A DNA stretch of 64,000 nt, from positions 95,544,001 through 95,608,000 of the forward strand of contig NC_045696.1 in NCBI RefSeq assembly GCF_009834535.1, read 5' to 3'. The notes beneath the pieces were generated by a model that saw only the letters and a program-made list of their open reading frames with translations, was not told where the DNA came from and searched no databases. This DNA is from Camelus ferus (Eukaryota). Position numbers and translations under genes: made by a program. Every line of letters begins with the position of its first letter. The first letter of the stretch is position 1. Shown one piece after another: positions 1 to 12,200 of this stretch.

Positions 1-224
1 ATAATTTAATGCTCAAACACTTGCTCAGGTGTTTATAAGGCTAAATGTCAGAGGATGAAGTGAGAGAAATGGAAAGGAGATGCAGCCATGCGTCAGAAGT
101 CTGCCAAATATCTTTGCACCAAGGGAATCTGCTTGTTTTCTTCTGTGAAATTTAACCAACTTGGCTTCTTCCCATTTTTATTTGGGATTTCGTCTTTTTT
201 TGGTATTGACCTTTGACAACATAG

Positions 225-280
225 ACATACATGAGTAGCTGGATCTATTGCTGCTCTTACACAACAGTCACCTAATTTTG
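225..280 (+). CDS. Candidate internal exon of an unidentified gene (third-last exon); best frame (R)HT*VAGSIAALTQQSPNF(E), with one in-frame TGA
   Basis: Pyrimidine-rich intron end ...ctttgacaacatag| and donor TTG|gtaaag. Its phase-1 end joins in frame to the 4558-4568 micro-exon. Confidence 0.4.
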
Positions 281-429
281 GTAAAGGTACTGAAGAACGA
301 AGATCTTTTAATTTGAAATTGAGATTGTATAAATACCATGGGTATTTTTAATATGAAACAATATCAGGATGCTTCTTTCAATTGTTGTCATAATTCAAGA
401 GATTCTGCTTTTCATAGAACTTTGGGCAA

Positions 430-510
430 GAACACTGCTTCTAAGCCTCACATTCCTCATCTATAAAATGGAGGTAATAACAACAATAATCTCTAAAGTT
501 GATAATGATA
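430..510 (+). mobile_element. MIR SINE fragment
   Basis: MIR core-like 'ctaagcctcacattcctcatctataaaatggaggtaataa'. Confidence 0.7.
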
Positions 511-839
511 GTAGCTGGTTGGCTTTAGAAGTTCTATCCTTTCTCTCCAAATCCTTGTGAAACAAAAGATTAGAGCAACTATTAGATTAGATTAGATAGA
601 TCCAAGCAAGTATCAGTTTTATTTTTCAGTTTTATTACTGGAATCCTTAATCAGCTGAATAAAGCATTTGGCTCTTGGCATAGTGTTAATCTCATTTATC
701 AGTATTTGTACCTATTAATTCAGTATTTATTATTGAAAAATAAAATTCTTTCCCCTTAATTTATGTTTAAATTTCTAGATTTTTAATTCTTTATGATTTG
801 GGTATTTGCTATGATAATGGGAGAAAGTGAAGATTATTG

Positions 840-1910
840 AGACCTTTTTTCTGATCTGCTGGGGCTCATGGTTCTAGTGTAGGCTTTTTCTGAAAACAGT
901 TCAAGGCTAAAAACAAAAGGCTTTAGACTCCAGGATTAAATTTTGCTAAAACAAGCAGTGCTGGAATGGCAACTATACTAAAAAGAAGAGACAGCAAAAG
1001 GAGAGAGACAGCAAAAATTAGGGGTGCACAGAGCTCAAGAGGGCACAACTATCCCTTCCTATCTTCACTCATGGAGTCTGGGAACGCATGCACCGTTTCT
1101 CTGTTTCCTATACACTTATGGTGCAGGATCTGTTCCACAACTAGATCTGGAATGAATGACTTTTTTTTTTTTTAAATGTGAAAGCTACTTAGCCCTACAC
1201 CAGAAATTGTGTTGATGTTGCAGGTTACACAAAAGTTGGGTAGGGAGAAGGCAGAAAGCTGGATCAATCTGTAGACCCATGGGTTGAAGGGGCATAGATT
1301 TTTGATATCCTGTGGGTAGAGAGTGCCCAAGGCAACTGGGGCTTTAGGCACCCTGCAGGTACCACAAGATGACTGTCCACAGGAGCAGTGAGAATAACCC
1401 AGCATCAAGAGTCAGTGGGGTGAACCACCCACTGGAGAGTGAGAGGGAGGAAGAAGCTTGCAGTATCAAGCACATCAGGAAAACTATCAGTGGAGGACTT
1501 CAAAAATCAGCAAATGCATAGGGCTTATAAAAGGACTAGTATTTGAGCACTGATCACACTGTGGCATCCAAGGTCAGCTGTGGTGAGCAGAAGAAGAGGG
1601 CTGTAAACCCTACTGCTACTAACAAGGATGCGCCAGACCTAAGTTAAACAACCTTCTTCCTTACCACCTCCCCCTTACCACTAGCACAGTTGCTGGCATA
1701 GAGAATAATAAAATTTAGTATGATTGATTAAGTACACAGAAGGAGATTTAGATTTTAATAAAGCATTTGGTCTTGAAGTCACTGAACTGGACTGAACATA
1801 TCAGAATGGCCTGAAAACCTGCTAGCAGGAAGTTAATTTTTATCATTACTCACCCCTAGTACACCTAGCCCCTGGGGATGAGGGCTTAACAAAATAAACA
1901 TTGTTATTAG
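840..1910 (+). mobile_element. Probable ancient LTR (MamGypsy-like), boundaries uncertain
   Basis: More GC-rich than its flanks; 'gaactggactgaac...gggcttaacaaaataaa' end recalls mammalian Gypsy-type LTRs. Recalled similarity only. Confidence 0.3.
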
Positions 1911-2204
1911 TGATTTGAGATAGACTTGAGATTCTTCAATCATATCTGTAATGCTTTACAAAGATTCACTTTTTAAATATTCATTTTTCTACACAATGTT
2001 AACATTAATAGCCAATTTACCAAATACTGCTTCACACAGTAGATATTTTCTGAGAGAGCTATGTGTTAAAAATATATTGGGATTTTTAAAAATCTCAAAT
2101 AAAGTATTTTATAGAGTCAGGGACTGTCTGGAAATTTATTGTTCAACTCCTTGTTTAACAGCGAGGTTTTCTGTACTCCACCAACCCTCTGTCCCAACTA
2201 ACAA

Positions 2205-2440
2205 GTAAGCAGTATGGCATAGCGGTTAATAGTTTCAGGAGCCAAACTGCCTGAGTTCAAGCTGCACTCAGTGACTTCTTAGCTTTGGGAAAGTGGGCAA
2301 GTAATTTATCCCATCTGTTCATCAATTTCTTCACTTATGAAATAAGTAATAATAACACCTGCCTCATAGGGTTGTTATGATTGATTGAGTTAACATGTGT
2401 CAAGTCTCCAGGTACAATAATGGCACCCAGCAATGTCAGC
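2205..2440 (+). mobile_element. MIR SINE
   Basis: 'gcagtatggcatagcggttaa...ggagccaaactgcctgagttcaa...aataacacctgcctcatagggttgttatga'. Confidence 0.8.
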
Positions 2441-2889
2441 TGCTACCGGTAATAAACTTCTATGATATGAAGACTTGATTGGGAAAATTTTAGTCATGCC
2501 AATTTTAGATCTGCATTTAATTCTCTGTAATGTAAGAAAGTCATGATTTCTCCAGGTCTCAGCCTCTTCATTTATCAAATGAGGGGAAATCAACTGATTT
2601 AACATCTTCACTGGGCTGTTAAGAGGCTCTACCTAATTCCTCTGCATATGTGAGCTGTCAGCCAGTGAGGGCTGTAAGACACAGGAAGACCCTGTCACGT
2701 GACATCTATTTCTACCTTTGATTTCTTCTACCACAATGATCCATCTTTCTGGTGGTGATGAATCATTAAAAAGGAAGTTGAATGTCAAAGTCAGAATTCC
2801 TTGGGTTTTTACTTTGTCTCTACGCCAAATTTTCTTTGTGTATTTTGATATTTTTATAGCTCCCCAGTTGCTTAATCTGTTTTTCCCAG

Positions 2890-3382
2890 TGTGACAGTTA
2901 ATATATGTGTCACCTTGACCAGATCACAGGATGTCCAGATATCTGGTTAAACATTGTTTCTGGATGTTATCTGTGACGGTGTTTCAAGGAGAGATTAGCA
3001 TTTGAATTGGTAGACTGAGTAAAGCAGATTGATCTCCCCATGTGGGAAGGCCTAAGTAGAAAAAAATAGTGGGAGAAGGATGGATATGCTCTCTTTCTCT
3101 CTGTCTCTGTCTCTGCTTGACTGCTTGATCTGGGACATCAGTCTTCTGCCCCTGGTCCTCCTGGTTCTTAGGCCTTCATACCTAGACTGGAATCTACACC
3201 ATTGGCTCTCGGGATTTCAGACGTATAAATTACACCACTGGCTTTCCTGGGTCTCCAGCTTGCAGAGGACAGACTGTGGGACTTCTCAGCTTCCACAATC
3301 ACCCACGTGAGCCAATACCTTTTAATAAATCAATCTCTCTCTCCTATTGGTTCTGATTCTCTGGAGAACCCTGACTAATAAA
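2890..3382 (+). mobile_element. MLT2 (ERVL) solo LTR
   Basis: Starts 'tgtgacagttaatatatgtgtcaccttgac' and ends 'ctggagaaccctgactaata(a)a', typical MLT2 termini; CCAG on both sides. Confidence 0.85.
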
Positions 3383-3386
3383 CCAG

Positions 3387-4015
3387 TTTTCCTCTTTGCA
3401 ATTTGCAGCATTAACTGCAATTCCCAGTGAGGCAGGAAGCCCCATAAAAAGACTGGCAGGACCCCTAGGCAGGGTCACTGCTCTCCTCTTAGCACCTTCC
3501 AGTTCCCTGGCCCAAAGGCTCTATCTCACTTTTTGCCTCTAAAGCAGCTAACTTACACCTAGAATTCTATTGGTTCCCTGAGCTCACTTCTGATTGGTTA
3601 TTTCCTTCACTCCTGATTGGTTACTACTCTCACTTCTGATTGGTTATTACTCTCACTCCTGATTGGTTATTACTCTCACTTCTGATTGGTCCACTTCCCT
3701 AACTTCTGATTGGTCCATTTGTAGTACTTCATTTGCACGGAGCTCACTCCTGATTGGTCTATTTCTACAAAGCTTGTGCCTGGTTGGTCAACTTCTGTTG
3801 TACTTTATTTGCATATAATGTTGCAAAGTGTAAAACTGGCAGCCTATAAAAGGCCTGTGTAAACCTACAGACAGGGTCCAGAGCTTGAAGTGTTAACTCC
3901 TTTGGGCCTACTGGCGAAATAAACTTGTGTTCTCCAACTCTACTAGTGCTGCTTGGTCTCTCCCCTAGTTCCAGGTTGCTGTCACAACTGAGCTGTAACA
4001 CATTTTTCCACAACA
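3387..4015 (+). mobile_element. Lineage-specific ERV solo LTR with a tandem CCAAT-box array
   Basis: TATAAAA at ~3845, AATAAA at ~3918, ends ...caaCA. CCAG direct repeat at 3383-3386 and 4016-4019 (4-bp TSD, ERV1-like). The 5' end reads TT rather than TG. Confidence 0.8.
3565..3760. promoter_or_regulatory. Array of 8 inverted CCAAT (ATTGG) boxes in ~23-24-bp tandem units; octamer ATTTGCAT just downstream at 3807-3814
   Basis: ATTGG at 3569, 3593, 3616, 3639, 3662, 3685, 3709 and 3753, mostly as CTGATTGGTY. Confidence 0.75.
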
Positions 4016-4074
4016 CCAGAAGTCATATTTGTCATTTTTATAATTTCTCTTCTAGGACATTCCTTCCCATACTT

Positions 4075-4197
4075 TAATGTGCATATGAATATCTGAAATG
4101 AAGAGTCTCAGGCAGTAGTTCTGCATTTGTAACAAGTTTACAAGTAACGCTGATGCTGATGGCCCACAGAACACACTTTGAAAATTACTGTTCTAGA
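4075..4197. mobile_element. MER5A-like hAT-Charlie DNA transposon fragment
   Basis: 'ctgcatttgtaacaagtt...gctgatgctgatggcccacagaacacactttga...ctgttctaga'. Confidence 0.7.
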
Positions 4198-4202
4198 CAA
4201 GT

Positions 4203-4470
4203 AATAATAATATTAACTGCCAGCATCTGCAGAATACTTAATCTTCCAGCACTCTTCTGTGTGCTTTAGGCATAGCAACTTACTTAATCCCACAGTAACC
4301 CTATAAGGTAGGTAACATACTATTCCTGCGAGTGTGTAGATGAGGAAACCAAAGCACAAGAAGGTGAACTAGGTGCCCAAGGACAATTGATGAACGCAGA
4401 ACAAAGAGGTTTTGAACCTAATCAATCTGGCTTTAGGACCTAGGCACATGTAACTACTGTGCACAGTGGC
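4203..4470 (-). mobile_element. MIR SINE
   Basis: 'ttaatcccacagtaaccctataaggtagg...agatgaggaaaccaaagcac...tttgaaccta'. Confidence 0.8.
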
Positions 4471-4557
4471 CTAAAACCCGACCATCAGCCTTCTTGTATT
4501 TAACATGTTTAACTATTCTTGAATTTCGTAATTCTTTAATTAGTTCTTTTTACTTAG

Positions 4558-4568
4558 AGCCTGTGCAG
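4558..4568 (+). CDS. Candidate 11-nt micro-exon (AG CCT GTG CAG; (E)PVQ)
   Basis: Acceptor 'ttctttttacttag|' and perfect donor CAG|GTAAGT, in a short unique island between MIR and MER33. Confidence 0.5.
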
Positions 4569-4589
4569 GTAAGTGAAGGAGAGCTGGTG

Positions 4590-4885
4590 TTCAAACTGTT
4601 CAAAGCACTAGCCTCTAGTCTGAATTGAGATGAGTTGTGAGTGCAAAATACACACTGGTTTTAAAGACAATATGGAAAAAATAATATAAAATATTTCACC
4701 AAAATTTTTACAATGATTACATGTTGAAATAATGATATTTTAGGTGTAATAGGTTAAACAAAATATATATTAAAATGTATTTTCACCTTTTCCTTCTACT
4801 TTTACTTTTTACTCTTTTTTTAGTGAAGCCAGTAGGAATTTTAAAATTCTATTTGTAACTCATTATAGTTCTATTTAAAAACACT
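4590..4885. mobile_element. MER33/MER3-like hAT-Charlie element
   Basis: 'ctgaattgagatg...aaaatacacactgg...gattacatgttgaaataatgatattttagg...aattttaaaatt...ctcattata'. Confidence 0.75.
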
Positions 4886-6363
4886 TGGGTAGAACTTCCA
4901 ATACAGGTAACTAAGCATAGCCCTTCTCCACAATTTGCTCAGTGGTTAGACTCACAGCTCCTCTTTCATCCAGGAACAAGACATGCCTCAGGCTCGGGGA
5001 ATGTGGCTGGTCATGGGTGGGACCTGCGGGTAACCAGACGGCTAATGGACTATTTAACCATGTCTGCCTTCCTATGGTCTGATCATTCATCCTTGTGACG
5101 GTGCTTATCCTGAGTGTTCCTGAATTCTTTATTACCAAACAAATGGCTGTGAGTTAGTGTGTCTGCTTTCAGTATGAAACGTTCTCAGTTCGGGCCACAG
5201 AATGAAATTGTGTGTTCTTCCAGGACATTAGTTTCCTGTCTACAAAATGAGGGAAAGGAACTTTGAGATGTTTTCAAAATTTAAAATGGTATAATTGTTG
5301 CTGATAAATGCAGGAAGACTAGAAATCTAGAACAGGTGACATATTTTAAACTCCATGGAGGCAGGGCAGGCAGGAAGGCCATCTAGTTCCCCAATATATG
5401 AATAAGCATAACAAGCCTAACTTTTCACACTGGCTAACTTCATCAGCTGTAAATCTTGGTAACCAGATATTGAGCTTTCTTTTTTTCCACTTTAAAAAGA
5501 GCATTTTCAGAGAATCTTAGTATACATGTCCCCCTTTTTATTGCTAAAGTTACCAAACCACATGAAAAGATAATGAAAGGATTTGTTTTACGCTTTAAGT
5601 AAGTCACCAAAACCCAATGAAACAGGTCGTAAATCAAGGGTTTTGAGCTGGCTGTACTTTTTTTGTGACTTTGAACCACACCCAGAGGTGGAGAATAGCT
5701 GAATTGAGGCTTATTTTTCCTATCTGAAGTTCAAAGTTAATTCTGTTTATTTAAAACATTCCCATCTCAGAATTAGAAATGTTTGTTTTTCAAGCACTAA
5801 ATGATATGGACATGAGATTTTTAAAAAACATCTAATACAACATAAATAATGGAGATAAGGAACAATTCTAGAATATAATGAGTGAGAATCATTTTTATTC
5901 AATCTTTGGAAAATAATAGTTCTGGTCAATGTAATTACTAACTTAAAGCTTTATGTTGACCTAATTATGTCAACACTAATCTCTTTGAGGTTCAGGAGAA
6001 TATTAACTTGTTCCTATAAATTTTTTTCTTTTTGTTTTGAAAATTATCATAATGCAACTTGAAGTCTTCGGAATAATTTGTTCATTTACTAGTTTAGTGT
6101 CCTCTGGCAGAAGAGTAGATACTAAAATAAAACTCCAGAAAAATAAACGTCCTGGAAGCCATTCCTCCTTGGATTCCTACTAATTTCAGGCTTTAGTTCT
6201 GTTAATTTGTTTGTAAGTTTTAAGCCCTTATCTTAATAATGATAGGTTATTTTAATATCAGCTCATTAAATAGAGAAAGAGAAAAGCGAAGGCAAATAGT
6301 TTTTGGATAACTTTTAAAACCTTGAACTTATTTTAAATATCAACCTGACATTTTGTACTTTAG

Positions 6364-6750
6364 GGTTTGGCCTCAGACACAGCTTAAAACAGATGGCAAA
6401 AGGACACAATAGATTATGATGAATTCTTAGTGAATCTTAGTGAAGCACCCAAAATATAATACGATATAGTTTTTTAACCATTTTATCACATATTCAAGTT
6501 CTCTTCTGTGCTACACTTAATAATCATTTGGTAGTTTCAAAAAAATTTAACATGGTGAAAATTTGTCTGTTAAACTTTTAAAAAGAAATAAATGGTCTCA
6601 AATGTTAAAGTATATATTTAATAATATGAAATTATTACATAGTTTGGAGAAACTTTTCTCTACAAGGAGTTTAATTTCAGTGGACTATAGATTATTCACA
6701 TTCATACCATCATTCTCTCTTTTAAATAAACAACTTTGGTGTTCATCTTA
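6364..6750 (+). CDS. Candidate terminal exon: GLASDTA* (6364-6387) plus AT-rich 3' UTR
   Basis: Branch-like CTGAC and 'ttttgtactttag|' acceptor. Repeat-free AT-rich tail with AATAAA at 6587 and 6725, the latter followed by a GT-rich element. Confidence 0.45.
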
Positions 6751-7642
6751 TTGTGTACTTAAAAGTATAAGACGAGTTCATTTCTATAGTATTTTTCTTT
6801 TTGTTTTCTTGTTTCCCTTTTAAGAAGCAGCAAACTTTCATTTTAAAAGGAATCCACTACCAAGTAGGAAAAAAGATCTAATCTAAGAATAAATGCAAAC
6901 CTTTTAGGAAGAATAATCATGGCACCAAAGTTATTACAGTAATAATTTATTCAGAAAGGAGCACTGTGTTTGAAGATGGTTACAAACGGGAATGGAAATA
7001 CTGAGAGAAAAGAACAACGTGTATTTTGAGGATGAATTGCCATTTCCTTTTGTAAGAACTTGGTCATGCCACAGGCATTATTTCTTTAAAAGGTCAAGTT
7101 AAATTTCTTAATGTGTGGTGGTCTGCCCTCTCCTGGGCCAGGGTAATATACAAAAGATCCATTTGACTTATAAAAAGAAACTCAGCTTCAAAGAATAAAG
7201 TATCTTTTAAGTTAACCTAGTATTAAAATCTTAATATGTATTCATGAATGTAATAACTTCTCACAGATTGTAGTCCTTATCCAAATATTTGAACGGTTCT
7301 TAGGTGTGGTTGTTCCATTAATTTCCTTCTTATCTCCCTTTACCCCTTCTCTCAATTGCAAAATAAACACAGCTTGCCTCTTGATATTTTCCTTGACCTC
7401 TCTTTTTAAAATATTTTAGAATTAACTCATAGGCAATGAACAGAATTCCCCTCTTTGCTCACATATTTTTCCATTTAAATTTTCTTTATTATATATATAG
7501 TATGAATTTGTTAAAGAAGAAAAATAGAGAATAGAAATAAACATTAAATATTAGTTGTAATCTCATCACAATGACATAATCACTATTAATATCTGGGAGA
7601 CTGATTCTCCAGACATTTTTGAGATACATTTATGTATGTGTA

Positions 7643-7712
7643 TACACACACACACACACACACACACACAAATACACATTATATATTATATAAATATATA
7701 TACACATATATA
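7643..7712. repeat. (CA)n microsatellite followed by a TA-rich tract
   Basis: Direct reading. Confidence 0.95.
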
Positions 7713-8399
7713 ATACATGTAATATACTGATTTTAAAAGGTATTTATTTTAGGAAAGTGAGTTAGAGAATACATATTTTAGTAAACTGAATACTGAAAAG
7801 AATACTTGCATTTTCACTTAAAAAACTTTATACAGCTCTTTAATCATTGTAGGAGTACTCTGTCTCTTTTGCTCAATTAGACAGTAATCTCCTTTGGGAC
7901 AATGGCTGTGCTGAATTAACCTGGAATTTCTATTTTTAAGTATAGCATTATGTACAAAAATATTTACTCATTTTAGAACAATCACATATATATATTTTGA
8001 CAATGAGTTGTCTTTGAAAAGTCTTCCCTAAAGGAGAAAAGGAAAACAACCAGATTCTCTCTCCTCAGTATATGATTAAGAGTGAGCCAGATCTAAGCAG
8101 CGGAAAGTACCAGGATTTCAGCTATGATCATGATTACATAAGTGATATTGTGCATACAAAGTCACTGTATGGATATGATAAAATAAGTTTTTGAGATTAA
8201 ATAGGTGACTTCAAGGAAATTTTATTTTTGCAGCTTATTTATAATTCTCCTGTGAGTTCTGTTTCTCTCTCACAGTTGATGTGTATAGGAAATATCTTCT
8301 GTGATATCTTTTTAGCCCATGAGCCTTCTTTATGGTATGAGTTAGGAGAGATCTACTTACTGGTTTAAAAGTTATATCCCAAAATATACTAAAAGTTTA

Positions 8400-8742
8400 C
8401 TTCTTCCATGTAACACTAGTGAGTAGTTTGAGAAGTTTGACAAAGCAGCCCTACTCTGCCTAGTCACTTAGAAATCCAGGCTATAAAGGTTCTACTAACT
8501 GAAACATAGGGTGTCCAAGGTCACCCTATTCCAGTCAGCCCTAAAAGGAAGGAAACATGTATGAGTTTTATAAGGGCCTGTGCCTGAAATTGGCATATGT
8601 CATTTTCAGTCATTCTATGAAGACTTCATTCTATGAAGTCACTCTGCTATACCCAACTATAAAATAGACGGAGACATGTAGTCCAACTGTGTTCCAAGAA
8701 GAAAATACAGATTTCTGTGAGCTATTAGCTGTCTTGGCTACA
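8400..8742 (-). mobile_element. Old MaLR LTR (MLT1J/K-like)
   Basis: 'cctgaaattggcatatgtcattttc...catgtagtc...ctgtgttccaagaagaaaa...gtcttggctaca'. Confidence 0.55.
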
Positions 8743-8779
8743 CTGCTTTTATAAGAAATGCCCCTGCCTTTCCAAGGAT

Positions 8780-9205
8780 GAGATGTCCCTTCCTGTTATA
8801 TTAGTATTGTGTAACCTTCCCCGCCACCCCCACTGATTTATCAATGCTGAATACCTGACACGTCATAAGCTGGGTCAGTCATATTCAGATTCCCCTTCCA
8901 GGGAATTAGAAAGTAGGATTCAAGGATTATTTCTTCATGTGGCTGGAACTATAGCCACTAAACTCATGAGGTTCCAGGACAGAGGGGCTCGGAGATGGGA
9001 AGAGAATGAAGCAAAATCACTCAAAAAGGGCATAAGACAGAGACTGGATTTCTGTTGACTTTCCAATTGCTGATCTTAGTCCCTTCCTAATGTCTGACTG
9101 GTTACTCTGACTGATTCATGAAATGAACTTATATCCTGTTCATTAATTCTCATTTTTTATTAAGTTGACTCAAATTGATTTGTTACTTTAAACCCGATTT
9201 TTAAC
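8780..9205 (+). mobile_element. Old MaLR LTR (MLT1 family)
   Basis: 3' end 'cattttttattaagttgactcaaattgatttgttacttta' resembles MLT1 ends. Confidence 0.45.
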
Positions 9206-12200
9206 TAACAGAAAGTATGTTGGTGAAAAAGTTTCCTATGGAACAGGAAAGAGAGGAGACCATTATTAACCTTGTTCTCAAATGTGTTAAGTATCTGCCT
9301 TTCATAAAATGCTGCCTAACTGAGCTTTCCCCCGTCTGCAAAATGTGAACAATAAATTCTCACTTTTCAGTGTCCCTACAGGTTTTTTACAAATAAAACA
9401 CAGAGGACAGTGCCAGACATACAGCGTATGCTCAGTAATTGAAAGCTCTGTTGATGATTAACAGGACGACGATGATGATGTTCTCAGATATCAGATGGCA
9501 CTTGTTTTCTGTTATACTTCTCTCAGTGCAACTGGTGGCCTACAGCTGTCCCTGAGGTTGTGTTTTCTCAGATTTCCAGGTGAGACCAAAAGCAAGTGAA
9601 GTGTGATGTGCCTAATTAAGGAACCTGGAATTTTTGCCAACTCCTGTAAGCTGTCTAATTTTGTCAGCTTCTGTAAGCGAAAGGTCATCTAAAGACAAGA
9701 AAAAATTTTAGGAAAACTCATCCTAAATTGAATAGTGCCAATTATATAAGGAGAAAAGTATTTTATCATTTTCTCAGATTTGTTTTTGGCCAACAAATCT
9801 ACTTTTCAGAACAAAGTTATATCCATAACCTCACATTATTTCAATGTGCCTTTTAAAAAAATGAAAGATTAGGGAACAAAAAGATTTGAAAATAGGTCTG
9901 TCTCTCCTAAGAAAGTTAAAAATAGCAGGTGTGATTTAAACTGTCTTAACCTAACTTTATCTAATCAACTCACTGAAATAACCATCACTCTCCATGGCAG
10001 GTGCAATTGAAGTGTACTTAATTTAATTCCACTTAACCAAGTCACTGAATTAACCATAATTCTTCTTTCTTACTATATTGCACATTGATAGATGCTTACA
10101 TAATCCTGCATGAGTATAACCAGTGGGCTAGTCTTTAATACATGCATAAAAGAAATGTTTTTGAATGAGGAACAAGAAATGCTTGGAATAAAGTTGAAAA
10201 TTCTAAAAGAAGTTGGCACCCAGAGTGCTTAAAACACACACGCATGCACACACGCACAAGCACATACAAACTCTAAAATAGACCAAACAGGGAAATGTTG
10301 ATGCTGTTGTAGGAGTTTGGTTTCTCAGGTAGATGACTGAATTTTAATCAACCAAGCAATGTTCAAATGAAAGTTCTTGGTGGGTCAAAATGTTATTCAT
10401 GACTGTACATTCATATATATATATGTTCACAAATATGAAAAAATCTTATAACTATATATTCACATTCATATATACAAATAATAGATGTATTAGGTTTAAA
10501 AGTCTAAATGACTTATCTTTAAATGATACCCCTCTTCCATGTTTTTGATTAACTGGCTCATTGCCTATCCCAATCATGCTGAATGGGACAGGAATTACTG
10601 TCTCATTATTTGATGCTTTTTGTACAGATTCTTTTTCAGTTCATAGACTATTTACGGACAATACTCCAATACTTGGAGGAAATTGTGGTTATTCTTTCCC
10701 TCTAACTCAGAAAAGCCATGCCATTAGGAGAAGAACTACCAATTTCTCCAGGAATACTGTGATGGGTTTAAATATCAGAGAAATGGAATACAGTTGCATA
10801 AGAGTGTACCTTATTCAGGACTCTAAAATTATGCATGATAGCAAAATCAGATACATAGGAAATTAGGGAGAATAGTCATAGATATTCTGAACCTGTGTAC
10901 TTGTAAGTTCTAGGGAGGGAACAAAAATAACAAAGAACTTGATTAAAAAAAGAGTAAGTAATGATAAAAGGGCCAATTCATAACACCTTAAGTTAGAAGG
11001 CATTCCCAATATTGATATACACTCCAGAAGAAAATTTTTATTTTATTAAAATAAGTCTCCTGCCTGACAAAAAAAGCAAGGTCAAAAGGACAAAAACAGA
11101 AAAATACTGTTGCCAACTCGTATCACAGACAATATGCTAAAATATAAATCAATTTTAAAATGACCAACAATCCAACAGAAACTGAGTAAAGAGTACAAAT
11201 ACAAACATGAACATAAAATTTATGAGCTATGAATGGTCCTTAAACATAAGTTAAAGACTTCACCTTCACTTAGAGTATGAGAACTGCTAATAAAACCAAA
11301 GCTGATAATGCCATTTTTCATTCCAGTAAGGTTGGCAAAGAACAAAAGTTTGATAGGAGATATTCTTGTTCACGTGAAGAGAAACAAGTAGTTTCATACA
11401 CTGTGGGTGCGAATGTAATGTCGCACAACCTCTAAGGAGAGCAATTTGGCAATACCTCTCACAGTGTTGAGGTGTATAACCCATTGTCTCGGTAGTGCCA
11501 AAACTTTTTATTTATATACTGCTGTTCTATGAAATGACTTTCATAGCATTGTTTATAAACATTAGAAACAAAAACTATATGGCTACATAGGTGATGTTAC
11601 ACACACACAATTGAATACCGTGTGGCCATATAAAAAGTGATTTTCATTTGCCTCAATATGGTACACCAGGTAGCCAGGAAAATCCTTCCACTAAAAGCAA
11701 CTAAACATAATGTATTAATGTTAAAAAAAAAATATTTAGAGACTGGGCTAAGTTTTCAATAAAGTAAGAGAAGTCTTTAAAAGTCAGAATGAAGCGAAAG
11801 TACAGATTTAGAGGCAAGCAGGTGCTAAACTAGTGGTGGCCTAAAGAACTTGCTGTTTCTTGATGACATACAGCTTCAGCGTGAAGAGCCATGTAAGACA
11901 GGAGAAAAGGCCAGATTCATGCACTGTGGGGAACTGAATCAGATTCCCTCATAAAAATGGAACCTCAAGGGGCTACAACCTTAATAAAGATGCTACTGAG
12001 TTGGGTTGTGGGTGGGGAGCCCATGCAAACATAGATAACATGTCTATATGGGCTATGGTTGTGAATCAAAGGATAAAACATTATCCCTTAGTAAATGGAA
12101 TCACAAGTTAACTCTTACTTGGATGTGTGACCCAAATTCAAACTAACAGTGAGATCTGAAATACCTCAAGCAAAGAATTTACTTTAATGTAGTTCTGGGT

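Noticed and set aside
3565..3760. CRISPR-like or novel repeat-spacer array
   Set aside because: The units are simple tandem near-copies without unique spacers, inside an LTR U3 of a mammalian genome.
10561..10866. 101-aa ORF
   Set aside because: Non-ATG start, no recognisable domain or splice context; length expected by chance.
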